This document shows, piece after piece, positions 61,546 to 64,000 of a stretch of DNA of 64,000 nucleotides; position 1 is the stretch's first letter, and every line of letters starts with the position of its first letter. The DNA lies in assembly GCA_963664815.2 (NCBI GenBank), contig CAXXHB010000003.1, positions 2,592,001-2,656,000 of the forward strand, in the 5' to 3' direction. The translations under genes were made by a program, and so were the position numbers. The stretch is from Spirochaetota bacterium. Its GTDB lineage: Bacteria; Spirochaetota; UBA4802; UBA5550. The notes beneath the pieces were generated by a model. It was not told where the DNA came from. It saw only the letters and a list, made by a program, of their open reading frames with translations, and made no database searches.

Positions 61546-62766
61546 ATGTCAGCTACCCAGTTTAAGGTTGAAAACTACATCGCCGGCTCATTTATAATGG
61601 TGGAAGGGAAAAAGAATGAAACTAACTTCTTTATAATAAGAAGTGGTAAGGTTAAAGTTTCTAAAGAAAATCCAGTTCTTTCAGAAGAGCCATTTACCAT
61701 AATAGGTCCCGGGGATTTTTTCGGAGTTGTATCGTGTATGAGTGGTCATTCACGGCAGGAATCGGCAGTTGCACTTGAAAACACCTCCCTCATCTGTGTT
61801 GAAAAAGATATGTTTGGACTCCTTATCCAGAAAAATCCGGCAGTTGCCATGAAAATTATCCGTTTTTTCAGCCGCAAACTCAGACAATTCGATCATGCCA
61901 TAACAAGCCTCACATTGAAAACAGCAGGAGAAGAAGATCCTGAACATCTCTTCAATATAGGCGAATACTACTTAAAAAAAAGAGCTATTAATCATGCAAT
62001 TTATTCATACCAGAAATATATCCAATATTGCCCAAACGGTTCATTAAGGGATAAGTCTCTTGAGAGACTTAAGTTGCTGAAGGCTCCATTCAAAACGCCT
62101 GAAATGCCTTATACGAAAGGAATGAACAGAAAATATCCTGATAATACCATGCTCTTTTCTGAAGCTGAACCTGGAGATGAGCTTTTCATTATACAGGATG
62201 GAAAAGTAAAAATAACAAAAATCATGGAAGAGGAGATTCTCCTTGCAGTATTGAAAACCGGCGACATTTTCGGAGAGATGGCCCTTCTGGACAATAAACC
62301 GAGAAGTGCTTCAGCTATTTCATATGGAGATGTTACTGTTCTGGCTATCAATAAATCCAATTTTGAAGGTATGGTACAGGCACAGCCACAACTTGCCACA
62401 AGGCTCATACAGTTGCTCGGTGAGAGGATGTGGACTGCATACAGGCAGCTTGAAAATCTCATGATAAGAAATCCGCTCGGCAGGATATATGACACACTGC
62501 TTATACAGATTGAAAAACAAAAAATTCAAATTGAACCCAAAAAGCCTCATAGCTTCGAGTTCGGCTCAAAAGAACTTATTAATATGGTCGGACTTTCTAA
62601 CCGCGAAGGGGAGGACCTCATAGTACAGCTTCTTGAAGATAAAAACATCACTCTCACCGGCGGAAAAATATTAAGCTCCGATCTTAATGAACTGGAAAAA
62701 ACAGTAATGTTTTACAAAAAACAGACCGCTCTCGAACGACAAAGAGAAGCTAACAAGAATAAATAA
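61546..62766 (+). CDS. Crp/Fnr-like protein with two cNMP-binding domains, a central TPR and a C-terminal HTH-like region
   Basis: GDFFG...RQESA and GDIFGEMALLDNKPRSASA; TPR LFNIGEYY...YQKYIQYCP. Confidence 0.88.
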   Translation: MSATQFKVENYIAGSFIMVEGKKNETNFFIIRSGKVKVSKENPVLSEEPFTIIGPGDFFGVVSCMSGHSRQESAVALENTSLICVEKDMFGLLIQKNPAVAMKIIRFFSRKLRQFDHAITSLTLKTAGEEDPEHLFNIGEYYLKKRAINHAIYSYQKYIQYCPNGSLRDKSLERLKLLKAPFKTPEMPYTKGMNRKYPDNTMLFSEAEPGDELFIIQDGKVKITKIMEEEILLAVLKTGDIFGEMALLDNKPRSASAISYGDVTVLAINKSNFEGMVQAQPQLATRLIQLLGERMWTAYRQLENLMIRNPLGRIYDTLLIQIEKQKIQIEPKKPHSFEFGSKELINMVGLSNREGEDLIVQLLEDKNITLTGGKILSSDLNELEKTVMFYKKQTALERQREANKNK

Positions 62767-64000
62767 ATGATAAAAAAAATTACCAGATTTACAAAAATAA
62801 TTATTATTTCATTAATACTAATTATTGCAGTATTGACAATATCGGTTGGTCTTATTTATTATTTTTACCCGGAAGAGTCAGCATTAAAACTGATTAAAAG
62901 CAGATCTGAGATTCTTCTCAACAGAAAAATTGATATAGGTTCTCTCCGCTATAGTCTTAAAGGAATTGTTATCTATAATGTTGCAATTTATGATAAAACT
63001 GAAAATAATCCCGGACCGGTACTAGTCAAAGCCGATGAAATAGTTATTACATTTTCATTATTATCAATTTTAAAGAAAGATTTCAGGATCAGGACACTTT
63101 ATTTCAGTGGACTTGAAATAAATACTGTTTTTGATAAAAATGGTAATAGTAATATTGAAAATCTACTCAAAGAACTGGAAGAAAAATCTGAAAAAAGCAA
63201 TGGAGATAATAATGTTCAGCTTTCAAAAATTATTTTCAACGAATGCCGATTAAAATTAACAAATCCTCCCGGATTTATTAAACCTCTGGAAGGTGAATAC
63301 CAATTCGATAGCACAATACGCATTAAAGAAAATAAAACTTTTATCATTACAGAAACAAAACTTATATTACCAATCAGACGCGGTATTCTCTACCCTGAAC
63401 TAAAAATCAGTAATTCTGAAAGATTTTACATCAGCGGAAGAATCAAACTTGAGAACGCATCTCTCGCATGGGTATATAAATTTGCGATAAGAGATCCACA
63501 TCTCCCTTTCGAGGTCGTAAACGGACAAGTCAATGATCTTGAAATTACAAAAGAATACATAAAGGGTCAGGCAAAAGCAACTTCAACTTTAAAAAACAGT
63601 AAAAGTTTTATTCTTGCAGACGGTTGGTGTACTGTCGAACTCAATGACCGTTCTGTCCACCTTAAAGATGTTAAAGGAAAGATAAATTCATCCTCTGCTA
63701 ATGTCGACAACATGCTCATTTCAAGTAAAGAGGGAAAAATAAAAAAATTCAGTTTTTCTAGTATTTCTTTCTATCTGAACGATCTGAGACATCTGCTCAA
63801 TTCAATTCCGGCAGGTCTATCAGGTTATGCGAAAGGTATATTCACTCTGGATGGAGGTTTTTTCAACGGAAAACTTGATATTTCAAATGTTTCATACAAA
63901 GACAAAACTGAAATTTTCAGCGGAATAAACACAACGGTAGATATTTATAATAATATCATAAAAAAAGAAAATATTCCGTTTACGCTTTTTGGAAATCAAT
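62767..64000 (+). CDS. AsmA-like membrane-anchored protein, truncated by window edge
   Basis: Manual translation from ATG at 62767: MIKKITRFTKIIIISLILIIAVL...LNRKIDIGSLRYSLKGIVIYNV...FSLLSILKKDFRI; apparently open to the window end. Confidence 0.7.
   Translation, partial: MIKKITRFTKIIIISLILIIAVLTISVGLIYYFYPEESALKLIKSRSEILLNRKIDIGSLRYSLKGIVIYNVAIYDKTENNPGPVLVKADEIVITFSLLSILKKDFRIRTLYFSGLEINTVFDKNGNSNIENLLKELEEKSEKSNGDNNVQLSKIIFNECRLKLTNPPGFIKPLEGEYQFDSTIRIKENKTFIITETKLILPIRRGILYPELKISNSERFYISGRIKLENASLAWVYKFAIRDPHLPFEVVNGQVNDLEITKEYIKGQAKATSTLKNSKSFILADGWCTVELNDRSVHLKDVKGKINSSSANVDNMLISSKEGKIKKFSFSSISFYLNDLRHLLNSIPAGLSGYAKGIFTLDGGFFNGKLDISNVSYKDKTEIFSGINTTVDIYNNIIKKENIPFTLFGNQ

Noticed and set aside
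223-62550. Many short antisense or alternate-frame ORFs in the ORF track (e.g. 223..480, 10422..10973, 41650..42177, 52464..53003)
   Set aside because: They lie within well-supported genes and have no recognisable motifs; these are shadow ORFs.

Overview
AT-rich bacterial chromosomal window with about 55 CDSs. The LipL45-like FecR lipoprotein, the double-cNMP/TPR regulator and the acidic TPR-tailed protein suggest Spirochaetota near Leptospirales; this is an inference. Most content is housekeeping or metabolic: THUMP RNA methyltransferase, hybrid PAS kinase, GH13 amylase, divergent membrane pyrophosphatase with DedA/DUF47/PiT, DEAD-box helicase, Ni/Co ECF transporter, glgX, an ECF sigma/FecR module, a six-gene hydrogenase-related (Ehr) operon, citrate synthase, pgi, purB, miaB and mutS. 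There is one intact IS3-family element. I found no rRNA, tRNA or CRISPR array. The most notable observations are: (1) a lipoprotein gene whose DUF1573 SCGC motif has an in-frame TGA followed by a hairpin, a probable selenoprotein; (2) an orphan Cas6e-like gene with altered catalytic and RNA-binding residues and no cas genes or array nearby; (3) a ~120-bp imperfectly palindromic intergenic repeat present in four copies; (4) an ECF sigma factor with two paralogous FecR/LipL45-like partners and no TonB transducer; (5) an Ehr complex lacking NiFe ligands, led by an HTH-PTS EIIA gene. All calls come from motif recognition; no database searches were run.
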